Below, in pieces: positions 23,475 through 36,027 of a DNA stretch of 64,000 nt; within the stretch, counting starts at the first letter, position 1; every line of letters starts with the position of its first letter. A program made the position numbers and the translations under genes. Source of the DNA: Lama glama (lineage: Eukaryota); the NCBI GenBank assembly GCA_028534125.1, contig CM052817.1, positions 82,028,001 to 82,092,000 on the forward strand, read 5' to 3'. Under the pieces are notes generated by a model, which worked only from the letters and a program-made list of their open reading frames with translations, did not search any database and was not told where the DNA came from.

Positions 23475-25834
23475 TTTTTTCAAGCTACGCAAAGCAGTCC
23501 CCAAACTGTTCATCATCTTGCTCAGTTGCTTTAAATGTTCTTAAAGTCCTCAATATTTTGCTAAACACATGATGTTACCCAGAGTGGAACACATTATGAT
23601 CAGGAGACCATCACTTCTCTGAGCTTCACAAAGCTGTGGTATACTGTGGACTCATATCTTCTTCTTCAAAATATTTTGAGAGGATTGAAGTATAGCAAAG
23701 TATGTGTTTTCCTTGTTCTAAAATTCAAATTCAGTGTCATGAATTACTGTGAAAAAGGACCCTAAAGAAAATTGCTCAAATGGTCTTGTCAAATTTTATA
23801 GCATAAAAGAAAATTACCTTGACCAAAATGAACATAAATATATATAAACTTAAAAAAAACTTAGCGTTCCCCTATAGTATATAGTATTTGTGACTAAATA
23901 TAAAACTCACCTGATTGACTGTGCTTGTGGCTAGAAGCAGATAGACCAAGAGGAGGAAAAGAGAGCTATCAAATTGCAAATAACTGCCAACTTTATGGCA
24001 GTGTCTAGTGAGAAGTTCTTTCTTAATCTCCACCCCCTGTCCTGACACGGAGTGTACAAATTACTCAAAATATTCAACTACTTCTGCCTTTCAGTTAAAT
24101 ACATATGAAACACACAGAAATGGAAACAAAGACAGACTTTGAACTTTTGATACTTCATGTGAACCTCCATTTTAAATACACATTTCTCAGCTGTTAGTTC
24201 TCACTTCAGTTTCAAAGCAATATTTTTGACCTAACCTCCCTACCAGTCCTGTTATATGAAGCCAGTAAGTGTACTCTCCCATGAGATCCTTGAAAAATGA
24301 CTTAATTTGACAAAGAAATAATCTCCCTCTCTCACTCCCTCTTTCTTGCTTTCTTTTTTTTTTTTTGACCATAAGCCAATGTTAAAACTGAAAAATGATA
24401 CTTTATCCTTATATCAGCTGACTTCCCAAAGCTAAATAACTGGAAAAGACTTACTAAATAAGCTACGTAAGGACACTTAAGGATTCCTTTATGGTACTTT
24501 CAGTCTAATTGGGCAGGTACAGTAAATCCTGGGGTCCAATAAGTAGCTATAATAATACAGATGTCTATTTTTTGGCTCATAAAGTTGAGGAAAAAAACAT
24601 AAGCTCTATGTTGTTTTTAAATTGCAGCAAAAGCTGAATTTAAAACTTTATATAAATCTCAGTCTGACATATGAGAATACAGTGTGAAATGCCAGTTTTA
24701 GCTATAAGATTTGCTTGCCTATAAAAAAGAAAGCAAAAGCAAAAATAACAGATATGTTTAGTGTCTGATTATTATTTTCCATTGCTTCTTTCTATTACCA
24801 ACAATTTAATGGCAGGTGATTATTTGTTTTTAAATTAAAAATAGAAAGAATAAATGCTTGGAAAAACTTCACTGTCATGAGTCTACAAACTCAGAGCGTC
24901 TAGAAGCTTTGGTCAGTTCACAGTATCTCCACCTTATGAATAAAACAAACTTAACTTGTTTTAGTTGATCTTCTTTTCAGATTTCTATTCTATGAGAACA
25001 TAATTGTCCAGCTGCAGAAAATAGATCTGTGTACAATAAATACTGGTAAAATTTCCAAATATTTTGACTAAGGCATTTTTATTTCCTATATTTAGTATTT
25101 TTCTTGGTTTCTTACAAGAAACATGTCAAACAATTGTATTGTTCTTGATTGATGATATTTCTATTCTTTTCTGGGAGGCCTAATAGAGTATAGGAAATAA
25201 TGATAGACAAAAAACGTTTTACAGTCAGCCTATTTTCTGTTTTTGTTCTGTGAAATACATTTTAATCTCTTTTTATATCATTTATATACTTCTTACCTTT
25301 GATTAACTTCCAGGAAGATAAGAAACCATCAATATGGGGTGGGGGAAAGTCATAAGAACCTTAAAACTCTAATCCTGTGATTTTTGCATTTGTGTTTTTT
25401 AATTGAATGCCACAAATTTTTAGAGATAATAAACAAAACTGAACAGGTTGTGAATGATATTTTTAAACAAAAAAAATCAAAAAGTTAAAAAAAGAATGCA
25501 TCACATGTGGTAGAAGTAAATAGAGTTTGGGGAAAATTTTGTTTCAGTTTGTATATGTGTGTGTACTGGGTAAAATGCGTTTCTTTCTTCAGGGCATGGC
25601 CAAAAGGTCTGACAAAACTAAACTAGGTGAAGTTCATAGGCCCCTCAGTATATTCAAGTTGCCTTTTGACCCTAGCTATTCCCTTCTCAGTACACCAAGG
25701 AAAGTTGAAAACCTCGTATCTAAAATCGCTGATTTTGGTAACCAGGCAAAACTAAAGAATACAACTTTCTTCCAGAAGAATAACAGACCTAGCCTCCAAA
25801 CAGCCTAGGATACTGTTGCAGGATTTCATACCTG

Positions 25835-25869
25835 AATAAAAAAAAAATAATAATAATAATAATAAATAA
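25835..25869. repeat. A-tract grading into (AAT)n
   Basis: AATAAAAAAAAAAATAATAATAATAATAAATAA seen directly. Confidence 0.9.
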
Positions 25870-26282
25870 CCCACAAGCTGGGTTTGTTTTATGATTTAAA
25901 ATAACAGTTTCTACCAACTTTACCTCAAAATACCTACGAATAAAATGGAAAAGTGAAAAACAATAGGAATATCAGAAATTGAGTCTATTAAATAAAGTAA
26001 TGCTGGAATCTAGGATACCTCTCCATTAACTATAAGGCAGATAGAGTTGGGTGTTTCTGAAGAAATTGTCTTAGGTTTCAGCCTAAAAGAAGGTAGAAAT
26101 TCTCTTTATAATATGCTTGTTTTTAAAAGAACTTCAGGTTTAACCAGAAAATTTGGCATCCATTTTGAAACTCTTTTTGATTGAGTCTTGACATTTTTAG
26201 AAAGTCAGAGTAATTAACTATATTAATAGCTAACACTGAATTAAACAATATCTGTAGTGGCATGTGTTTTATAGAAATTAGT

Positions 26283-26400
26283 ATCATCTGCATTTTGTCA
26301 ATGAGGAAACTGGGAGAGAATTAAGCAACGTGGCTAAAGCCACACTCCTATTAAGTAATAGAAGCAAAATTTGACCCCAGCTCTCTGCCCCCTAGTCTGC
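26283..26400 (-). mobile_element. MIR SINE
   Basis: CATTTT...ATGAGGAAACTG.G...TTAAG.AAC.TG.C.AA.G.CACAC...TAAGT...AGA...ATTTGA.CCCAG. Confidence 0.85.
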
Positions 26401-29204
26401 ATGTCAAGACCACCATGGCACACCACCACTGATACTGCTCTAAAAATCATCTGTTTGAGAATCCAAAGTGAATTTCAGGAAAAGATTTAATATTTTCAAT
26501 CTACTTTAAGAATCCTAAAAAGTATAATCCATTGACTGAAACCAGTCTTTCAGTCTTCAGAAGGACAAGGGTTTTTACATAAATACCTTTAATAAATTAA
26601 TAATTATGGCCTTTTGAAAGTCGCAAGGGGAGAAGAGCTGAAACAAAATGCCAATAGGATGAGATGGAAAGGGAAATTAATAAAAGAGGTATTCACAAAA
26701 ACCTAAAACAAAGAAAACAGAATAAAACTGTGTTATCAATGGATATAAAAGCAAGACTAACTGAGAAACCTGATACACAGAACAAATGTCAAGCAGACTG
26801 AAAAACAGTAAGATAAGATTTGATCAATTTGGAGAAAAAAGAATGGAAATACCTGATGTTCTCAAAAACATGGAAGCAAGGTAGCTAGAAACAATAGAAG
26901 AAAATCTTTTCTTTGCTGACAGAAAACAATGTATCAATAAAAAAAGTATGCCATAATTCAAGGAAAGCTACGATGTAAAGACCCTTAACAAGACAAATGC
27001 TAGCAAGATATTTTTACTGATAAGGAATAAGAGGAATTTTATTCAGACATGTAAGCAGAAAAGAGTTCCACTGTAAAGCAACAAGCTTTCAATGTGTACT
27101 TGTTCTGTGCAATTTTAAATGACAAAGTGCCATCAATATGCTAGCATCTAGATAATGTCATGAAAAAGAATGTGTGTGCTCAAAATTTCATATAATGCAT
27201 TTAATACATGTATGAATGCAAATACATGAATCCTTACTTACGAAAAACTAAGAAAAATATCACATATGTATCTTTGAAAATTACTTTCTAAAAATGTACT
27301 ATTTCTCAAGAATTGTATTATCTCTTTAATCAGAGAAAATTATATAGAGACGTAGATATGGATGTGAATATAAATATAAACTGTATTTATAGAAATTAAA
27401 TATGAAATATGAATATATATATTTTAAATCAGCACTTATTAATATGAATATAAGTCAGCAAATTACATTTAGGTAAAGTTTAAGTTAATATTAATTTTAC
27501 TATACTATATAAACACAATTATACTTTCAAAGAACACAGGAAGAAATACCCTAAAACACCAAAAGCATTTGTCTGTTATAGTAAGTCTATGGATAACTTT
27601 TTTTTTCCTTCTTTTGGATATTCTAAATATTCTGTTGAGAATCATTAATGATTTCCTAGGAGGGATTAAAGTATACTTGTAAATAGCTAGAGAGATAGCC
27701 CTGCTGGTCCCACCCCTCCTCTAGAAAATCAATGTGAGAGCTGAATAAGAGTCTCAAGTACCTACTAACAGTCCAATAAGGTGCAAGATCGGAATCCTCA
27801 CTCCCTTGCTTTTAATCTCAATTAACCATAAGTCCTGAGTTTCCCTGCAAGACTTCCTGGAAGGGAGTGTAAAGAGCATAAAGAAGATGTAGCTATCCTG
27901 TCCTTGTAATGTTTGCTTTTGTTTTTATTTTGTTGTGTTCACTTTACCCGGCTTTATTTTCCTTAGGTCACCTGGTCCAAAAAAAAATCTTTCAACAACT
28001 AGGAACTTTTAAACTAAACTGTTCAGCTCAAGTGAGTCAGCCAGTCCTGATGGTATTAGAAAATAGGCAACCTTGAAATAATATAACCTCAAGTTCCAAA
28101 AGTTGAATGATTGCACTTTCTTTGACCCTTACATATATTGTGACACACACTCATGGTGCCTGAAAAAAATCCTCTGCTGGCATGTGGCAGAAGGAGATTT
28201 AAAAGGCCCTCTTTAGCGTAACTTTTCCCTGGGCTTTATTTACAGGAATCCTAGTTTTAATAAAAAACAAATTACCTCATGTCCCAAGCTTTTGGCCCAA
28301 TTTTTGATCCAGCCACAACATATAACTTTAGAAGATAAAAGGTCAGCAAGCCACAGTGATATCCAAAGAAATGAGAACATTTCTGATATCAGACTCACAA
28401 GTGTGTGTTACAATTGAAATTTAATCCAAATGAACTGTAATTCCTGAAAAGATAACCATTTTTATAAAGTGCATCTAGAACTACAAATTGGAGGGCCTTC
28501 CTTGACAGATTTTAAATGACATGTAATCACTCATTAGCAAATAATTCATGGGAACTTGCATGATTGAATAGTTCTACTGACAAAAGATATATCTGAATAA
28601 AAGGAAAAAACTCGCTTAATCAGTTCATATTCAAAACTTTGTATTATTAAATTTCACTTTTAGAGAAATATTGAGATGTAGTTACAATCATTAACAATTG
28701 AGGAGCATGCATTATTGAAAATAAAAAGTTCTAATTTGCATATATTAATGTTCAGGTTTTGTGTCTTAAACTTCATTAAAAGTAAATTGCTTCCGTTTCC
28801 ACCTACCCTGCTCTGCTGAAACTTCTGTGAGTTTTGCATAAAAATACAAGAAACCAAGAAAAGATGTTGAAAGTCTTTGTGCCTTTTGATAAAAGGAGTG
28901 CTAGTGGAGGTGGGGGTGGCAAATGAAAAACTTCTAACAACAGGAACATGTGCCTTTTGTCCACTTTGGTTTGTTGTTGTTTCTGTTTGGATGAAGGTAT
29001 GTATTAGTTCAATGGAAAAACTGGAAAATGTATGAAAATACACACTGTTGGAAAGAAATAGTAATACAGTAGCAAGGGAGCTAAGAAAACTGGTTCTTTA
29101 CTGGAAACGTCCTCAATACTGGGCATTCTTAAATGACAGAGACTGATTTGTGAGGCTTGCGTACATGTATACCTAACTGAGGACCTGCTGGATTTGGGTC
29201 CTGC

Positions 29205-29655
29205 TGTTGGGGGAGAATAGGTTCTTGTCTCACACACGGAAGAATTCAAGAGCAAGGCATGGTAAAGTGAAAGCAAGTTTATTTAGAGAGATACACTCCA
29301 CAGACAGAGTGCGGGCCGCCACAGAAGGTGAGAGAGAGAGTGACAGAGCAAGAGCGATCAGGAGGTGCAGAGCTGTTAGGTTTTATGGGCTCAGTAATTT
29401 CATAAGCTAATGGGTAGGAGGATTATTCCAATTACTTTGGGGAAGGGGCGAGGATTTTCAGGAACCCCCCCGCCCACTTTTTGACCTTTCATAGTCAGCC
29501 TGGGAACTGTCATGGTGCGAGTGGGTGTACCATGAGGCTCAAGGTCTACTGGAAGTTGAATCTTCTGCCATCTTGGTTCTAACCAGTTTGTCCTGTCCTC
29601 AACTGCTGTGTCACTCATTCAGTGGTTGTGACCTGCCCCCTTTCCTCCCACTTCA
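29205..29655 (-). mobile_element. ERV1 solo LTR, MER41-like
   Basis: TG...CA termini, flanks CTGC/CTGG (4-bp TSD, one mismatch), minus-strand AATAAA at 29278-29283, and the MER41-type motifs AAAGTGAAAGCAAGTTTATT, CTCCACAGACAGAG and GCCATCTTGGTT. Confidence 0.85.
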
Positions 29656-30249
29656 CTGGCAATCTGGAATAGGAATAATGCTAAAGCTCTCCAGGAAAGT
29701 GAGTGTGAATGAGGTTAATAGACATTTTAAATGCTCACTTACTACAAGTGATCCTTCATCTCCATTTATAAACATAGAACCTACTTATATGTCTCTCACA
29801 CACACATATTTAGTGAATTATATCCTAAAATATTCATCGTTGTGCTTTTCTTTCCACACACATCAGTCTTCCACACTGAATCAAAGACAACTAAGATTTA
29901 TATAGCTGAAAAGATATAAGATAGAAAGAATCAAATATTCTGAATATCAAATACTATCTTGGAATTGAAGAGATAATCTTGAAAACACTAATATCTTGCT
30001 TGTTAAGTAATATTTAGTAACAAAATATATTTATTTAGTGTTGACTATTTAGTAAATTATAAAAGGAAATAGATAGAAAGACAGATGTGCTGTGCCCTTT
30101 GGCTGGAAGGGAATAACAGAAGAAATCCTGGGTAAGCCTGTGCCGTGAAATGGGAGAAACAGACATGGAGGACCATGTGGAGAGGAGAGAAATCAGGATG
30201 AAGAGACTTCTAAGCCCCTTTATGGCCAGCTCTGGGAAGTCTCATGGAA

Positions 30250-31298
30250 AAGTATCTTAAGTGTCTATTGCTTTATAACAAATCATCCTGCAATTTCATG
30301 GATTAAACTGAGAAAATGATTTGCTGTCTCTCATTGTTTCTGTGAATCATCAATTTGGATAGGATACCTCTGCTTCAGGATTTTTGAAGTCTTGACTGTA
30401 AGACTTGAAGCCTGGAGGCTGTCATCTTCCAAAGACTTTTTCACTCATATCTTATCATTGAGCCTGGCTATTGTCTCAGATCTTACCTGAGGCTGTTAAC
30501 ATACATATTCATCTCCCCTTGTCACTTGGTACTCCTTATACCATAGTGGCTGGGTTCTAAGAGTGAGTATCCTGAGAAAGAGAAAAAAGAGAGCAAGAGC
30601 ACCAGGCAGAAGCCTCTCTGTTGATTCCAAAGTATTGAAACCAGGATCTTGAGGAGATATTAGCCCTCCCATGTTCGTCGCAGCATTATTTACAGTAGCC
30701 AACGTGGAAAAAACCTAAATGTCTATCAATGGCTGAATGAATGGCTAAAGAAAACGTGGTACATACATATAACAGACTATTGTTCTGCTGTAAAAGAGAA
30801 GGAAATGCTACAATATGTAATAGTATGGATAAACCTTGAGGTCATTATGCTAAGTGAAATAAGCCAGTCACAGAAGGCTAAATTCCACTTACATGAGGTA
30901 TCTAAAACAGTTAGATTCATAGACTCAAAGAATGGCATGGTGGTTACCAGGGATTAAGGGAAAGGGGAAGTCAGGGGTTGCTAACCCATGGACATAAAGC
31001 TTCAGCTAAGCTAGATAAATAAGTTCTAGAAAGCTGCTGTACATCATTGTAATTATAGTTAGCAATACTGTATTGTACACTTAAAAGTTTCTTAAGACAG
31101 ATCTCATGGCAAATGTTCTTACCACAATAAAATATTTTCTTTAAGGAAAAAAAAGAGTCACATAGCATCACAGCATCACTTCCATATTACCCCAATGCTT
31201 AGGGCAATTATAAATCCCTGCCTAGGTTCAAGAGAGGGAACACAGGTCCCATCAATTCATATACATATTTCCATCTTTGGAAAACACAATCTGCCAAA
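30250..31298 (-). mobile_element. MaLR LTR (MLT1F/G-like) interrupted by an L1
   Basis: CTATTGCT.TATAACAAATCA..C start; GGCTGGGTTC.AAGAGTGAG..TCC..AGA; resumes after the L1 with AGTCACA.AGCATCACTTCC...CCATCTTT. Confidence 0.7.
30622..31154 (+). mobile_element. L1MA-like 3' end nested in the MLT LTR
   Basis: CCCATGTTC.T.GCAGCATTATTTACA.TAGCCAA...ATTATGCTAAGTGAAATAAGCCAGTCACAGAAG...AATACTGTATTGTACACTT; AATAAA and A-tract. Confidence 0.93.
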
Positions 31299-31904
31299 CT
31301 GAGGTGATGTCAGCAAACCATCCCTGATCACCCAAATGAGTACATCATGATGTCTGTGGGGAGAAGCCACAGCAGGTCTTCTCTTGGTCAAAGTTGGAAT
31401 GAGAGCTTTCTTTGATAGTGGCTATGAAGAATTTCCTGAGGAGGGTGAAAGCTTGTACCTCAGGACTTCAATGAGCCCCATCCAATAGCCCCATATGACA
31501 CTGGATATCCTCAAGCCCCATGAAACTTCAGGTCAAGTCTCTGTCACCAGAAGAGTGTTGACAGTTTGAAAGGAAACACCCAAGCTCCAGTAATTATTAC
31601 ACTAAAGAAAACTGTGTCAAGGGAGCTGATGCTAGATGTGCCCACATGTCACCTCTAGTCACACGGTTTGTGATGGGTATAACTCATTGTCACCCGAGCT
31701 CCCTCCTTGTATCTAGAGGGCTGTGGTCCTTAAGTGAAACTATCGGCATCAGTTTTTTTTTTTTTTGATTTCTCTCCTCACAGAAATCTCAAAAAGAGCT
31801 CAGAAGACCTGATATGGGAAAGATGTTACTCTATTCCTCTCACTGTGTTTCTTTCTCACCAGCTCACCTCATAAACTCTATGCCTTTTCCAATTATAAAA
31901 TAAT

Positions 31905-32990
31905 GCTACTAAGTAAATGGAGAGAGTATGTGTTCATGGGTTTGAAGATTCAGTGCTAATAAAATGTCAATTTTATAAAAAGCTGATTAGAGGGGTTTAA
32001 GGCAATCCTATTCAAAATCACAATGGATTTTTGTTCTTCCTGTCATTAGAAATCAACAAGTTGATTTTAATATTCACATGAAAATGCAAAGAACCAGAAA
32101 TAGCCCAAATTGCTTTGAAAAGAAAAGTTAAAGTTGAAGGATATACACAATTTAATTACAAGACTTACTATAATGCTAGAGTAATTGAGCCCGTGTGACA
32201 TAGACTTGTACCTCAAAGAAAAAATAGAGCCTCTAGAGGTAGACCTACACATATGTGGTAAATGGATTTCCTACAAAGATGTCGAGTTATTTGACTATGA
32301 AAAATTGTTTTCAATGAATGATGCTGGAACAAATGAATATTCTCATACAAAATTAAACCAATTAAACCTCACATACACAAATTAACTCAAAATTGATCAT
32401 AGACCTAATGGTTAGACCTAACATTGGAAAACTTCTTGGAAGAAAATACAGGAGAAAAATTCTTGTGATCCTGGATTCTGAATAGATTTCTTATAAAGCA
32501 TACAAAAAGCATAAACCCTAAAAAAATTTGATAAATTGGACTTCATATATACTAAAACCTTTGATGCCTTCAAATACACTATTTAAAAAATAAGAGGACA
32601 AGTCACAGTCTGTGAAAAGAATATTTGCAAAATATACCTAAGTAGTTGTATCCAGAATATATAAAGGATTTTTACAGCTTGATAAGACATGAAAACTTGA
32701 CAGAAAGATGTTGTAATATTGACATCAAAGTGGCTAAAAAAGCATTTTAGGGTGATGGATATGTTCTGTATCACAATTATGGAGATGGTTACAAAACTAT
32801 ATGCATTAGACAAAAGTCATTCAATTTTAAATTTAAAATCACTAAATATTATTATATGTATATTGTGACTGACTTAATTTTTAAGAAAAAAAAGTTATCC
32901 ATGGATTGTTATTGTTGAAGCTGATGGTAATGGGTACATACAAATTCATCATACTATTCTCTCTACAAACTTCTTTATTAAAAAGCTTAA
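31905..32990 (+). mobile_element. Ancient L1 ORF2 3' region and 3' UTR pieces
   Basis: TGTTCATGG.TT.GAAGA.TCA, TTCACATG.AAATGCAAAG.ACC, TGCTGGAACAA.TG, ACAAATTAACTCAAAAT.GATCATAGACCTAA, TTGATAAATTGGACTTCAT. Confidence 0.88.
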
Positions 32991-34059
32991 AATTACATTT
33001 TATTTAATGCTAGACAGGGAAATTACCTGGTTCTCTCCAAATACATGACAAAACAAATCAAAGGTAACCTGAAGGGGGTGTGATGCCTAAAGGAAGCTTG
33101 ATGTGAAGGATGAGTTGGAATGAGCTAGATGAAAAAGCATGCTGGGTTTTAGGAGGCCAGATTCTCTCAGCCCAGAAACAGATTTGTAGCAGAGTTGAGA
33201 CCAGCATAATTGAGAGACAAAAAAGACCAAGATGGCTAAAGCTCTGAAAATAGATTTTATTAGAAAGTTCCAAATGCAACAGACTTGCTCATTAAAATAG
33301 TCAAGGCATAAATTTCAGTTGGCATTTCATGATGCCAAGAGCAGAGATGAAGCCATCTCTCCAGTCTGAAGAGAACATAAAATTGATGACTTCAGTCTTG
33401 TCTCATTTAAACGGGATAAAATAAAATTTTGAAAAAAAATGTTTTAATAAGATATTAGATAAATTGAAAGGCAATCTGAAGGTAACTCAAGAGCTGGCAA
33501 CATCCACTTCTAAATTACAAATGGCTAAAGCATGCAAGGACTAGTGACTTCAGCTTGCACCTAGATAATGTGTGAAGTAGAAGCTAAAGTTTAAAGAAGA
33601 TAACAGAAGTAAAATTCTCCAAATGGAACATTATTTAAGAGACTGGAAACAGTTTCCAGCTTCCTCATATTAGTTTTGATAAAACTTCTTTCCAGGCAAA
33701 TACCAAGCTATCAACGATTATCCTAGATTTGGGGAGAGAGAGGAGACACTTATCCCTAACTCCACACCCTGGGCTTTTAAAAGGTTTTGCTCTGCACATC
33801 GAGGGAGAAAATGAAAACAGAGCTTTCTGAACTGGTTGTAGCCAACTCCTGATCAGGAAATCAGCAATGACAGAGAAGAGGGCCAAGCCGGTTTCTTCAT
33901 GTTCCCCACATGTTAATTCATGTGTGTTACCACCAGGCCAAATGCAGTCAGGGGCCTCTGCTTTCTTTTAGGTCTTAGTTTCTCCCCAGTAGGTCAGACA
34001 CTGAAAGAAATGATCCAATATTATCTCTCTCTCTCTCTTTTTTGTTTTTGTTTTTGGCT

Positions 34060-34145
34060 ATTTTTCCCTCTTGTGTCTTTAGTGCCTAAAAGAGTACCTG
34101 AAACATATTAGGCTCCAACGAATATCTGTTGAATGAGTGAATAAA
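34060..34145 (+). mobile_element. L2 3' end
   Basis: AGTGCCTA.AA.AGT.CCTG..ACATA.TAGG..CAA..AATAT.TGTTGAATGAGTGAAT. Confidence 0.75.
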
Positions 34146-35829
34146 ATCCTTCACCTGAAATAATTACTGCATTGAACTGAGTGTAAGGAAGACACTTGGC
34201 CACCTGGGACTTTTTTTTTCTCTCATTACATTGTTGCCTTAAAATCCTTTATCCTCTGCTCAGCAGCATTTGTTCTTAAATTGAATTACTGTTAGTATGA
34301 ATCACGACTTAAAGTTCTGTTTGAATTATTTTATACATTCTTGAAGGAAAGTGGCTCAGATCTCAACTTCCCATACACTGCTATGATTTACTCAAGTGAG
34401 TGTTTCTATGCTATGACATTTTGTATTTTTCTTAAAAAAATAGGTAATGTATTTCAACTAAAAAAAATTTCCAGCCAATAGATATAAATTAGTAGGTATT
34501 TATTTCAGTAGAGCAGAGGCAGTTTCTGTAAAAAGGCAGAATCATGTAAATTACTTAGCTAATAAATTATAAACTATATAAGAATGACAAAGTTTTACTT
34601 TATTTTGAACATTGACATCTGTTTCAGTATGGTTTTTGTATGACTAGACTGATAAAAAATGTTAGAGGAGAAAATAACTTTGAGCACTGGATAAAGGATC
34701 AGTCTGAGAGAAAATTATTACAAATAGATCCTTTGCAAATCAAAGTGGATTGTGATTTAGGGAAATTTCTCGTTTTAATAATTTTTTTGGCATCAGGAGC
34801 TCATGCGATAACTGTTATAAACTACAGAGAGTCCAGACAACTGGCTTGGTGACTGAGCCAGCAGCCCTTAGTCTACTATATCATGTCGTCTCAATCTTTG
34901 GGAGTAGGAAATCCTGAGGTTTTCCCCTATTGTTGAAGGAAGTCTGTGTGGGGTCTGGAAATTGCACACTTTTCCATAAGCCTCAGCCCTCCTCCCTCTG
35001 CTCCCCTCCAGGCAACCGTCAGGCTATTTTGTCTTAACTTTATGCTTTCCTGTCTTTAGCCTCACTCCCCACACCACTGCCTTCCCCCCTGCACTCAACA
35101 GAGCATTCAGGAACTGTGATTTTCTGCAAAAGATAAAACACAGAAGATCTGGATAATAAGCAAAGTCATTTCTGAGGGATCTTTTAATTCACTTATACTC
35201 ATTTCACTTGATAAAAGGAACTCCCACCCTTTGCTTCTGGAACAAGTCTTTCATCCTTTATCTCTGAGTTCTCTAAGGCTAGATAAACTATGCACACTGT
35301 GGCAGTCCATTTCATTTCCTTCCTTTAATTTCCTCATCACTAATTTCTTCAGAAGTCTGACATTGGTTAGGACTATAAAAAAGAATAAAAACAGCATTAT
35401 AATTATATATCTACCCACAGAACAGCTACATGACATGATTTCCTACTACTCTTTTCTTCCATAAAAGGGCTAATACAAAATCCACCCTCTGGGTCATCGA
35501 TCTGCTGCTGGATGAGCACGTGTGTTCTGCGGCTGCCGGGGCCGCTGTATGTGCGCCCAGCAGATGCGAAATACTGGGTTGGCATCACGGGGACGGAGGA
35601 CCATGCGGCTGGGTTGTAGCCCCATAGACTCATTCCGTAAATCCAGTAATTCAAGTTTTTTAAACATAAAACACGAATTTTACTAAATTAGAAATCTGGA
35701 ACTCCTAGGAATCATAAAAAATGTCATATGTGACTGGATAGTCTTTGCTCAAAAACTAAAAATAAACTCAGTTGTAGCAGAAACATGGGACATTTAAAAA
35801 ATGGCTCTCAAGTGCTAGAGATACAGGAT

Positions 35830-36027
35830 CAGCGGTGTGTTGCTAAAGATTTAATAGGAGGGGGAAGTCCTGATGTATAGCATTTGCTGCTTTCTATGGT
35901 GTAAATACTCCCACTATGGCCAATTTTGAGCTACCTGGACAACATCAGTAAACATCAGTAAAGACGGGAAGAAAGGTGTGTAATTGGTTCTTGGGAGCAA
36001 GTCTGAGCAGTCACCAGCATCCCACTG
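35830..36027 (+). mobile_element. hAT-type DNA transposon fossil (MER63A-like)
   Basis: Terminal inverted repeats CAGCGGTGTGTTG / CCAGCATCCCACTG; diagnostic TGGTGTAAATACTCCCAC.ATGGCC.ATTT..AGCTACC. Confidence 0.85.
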
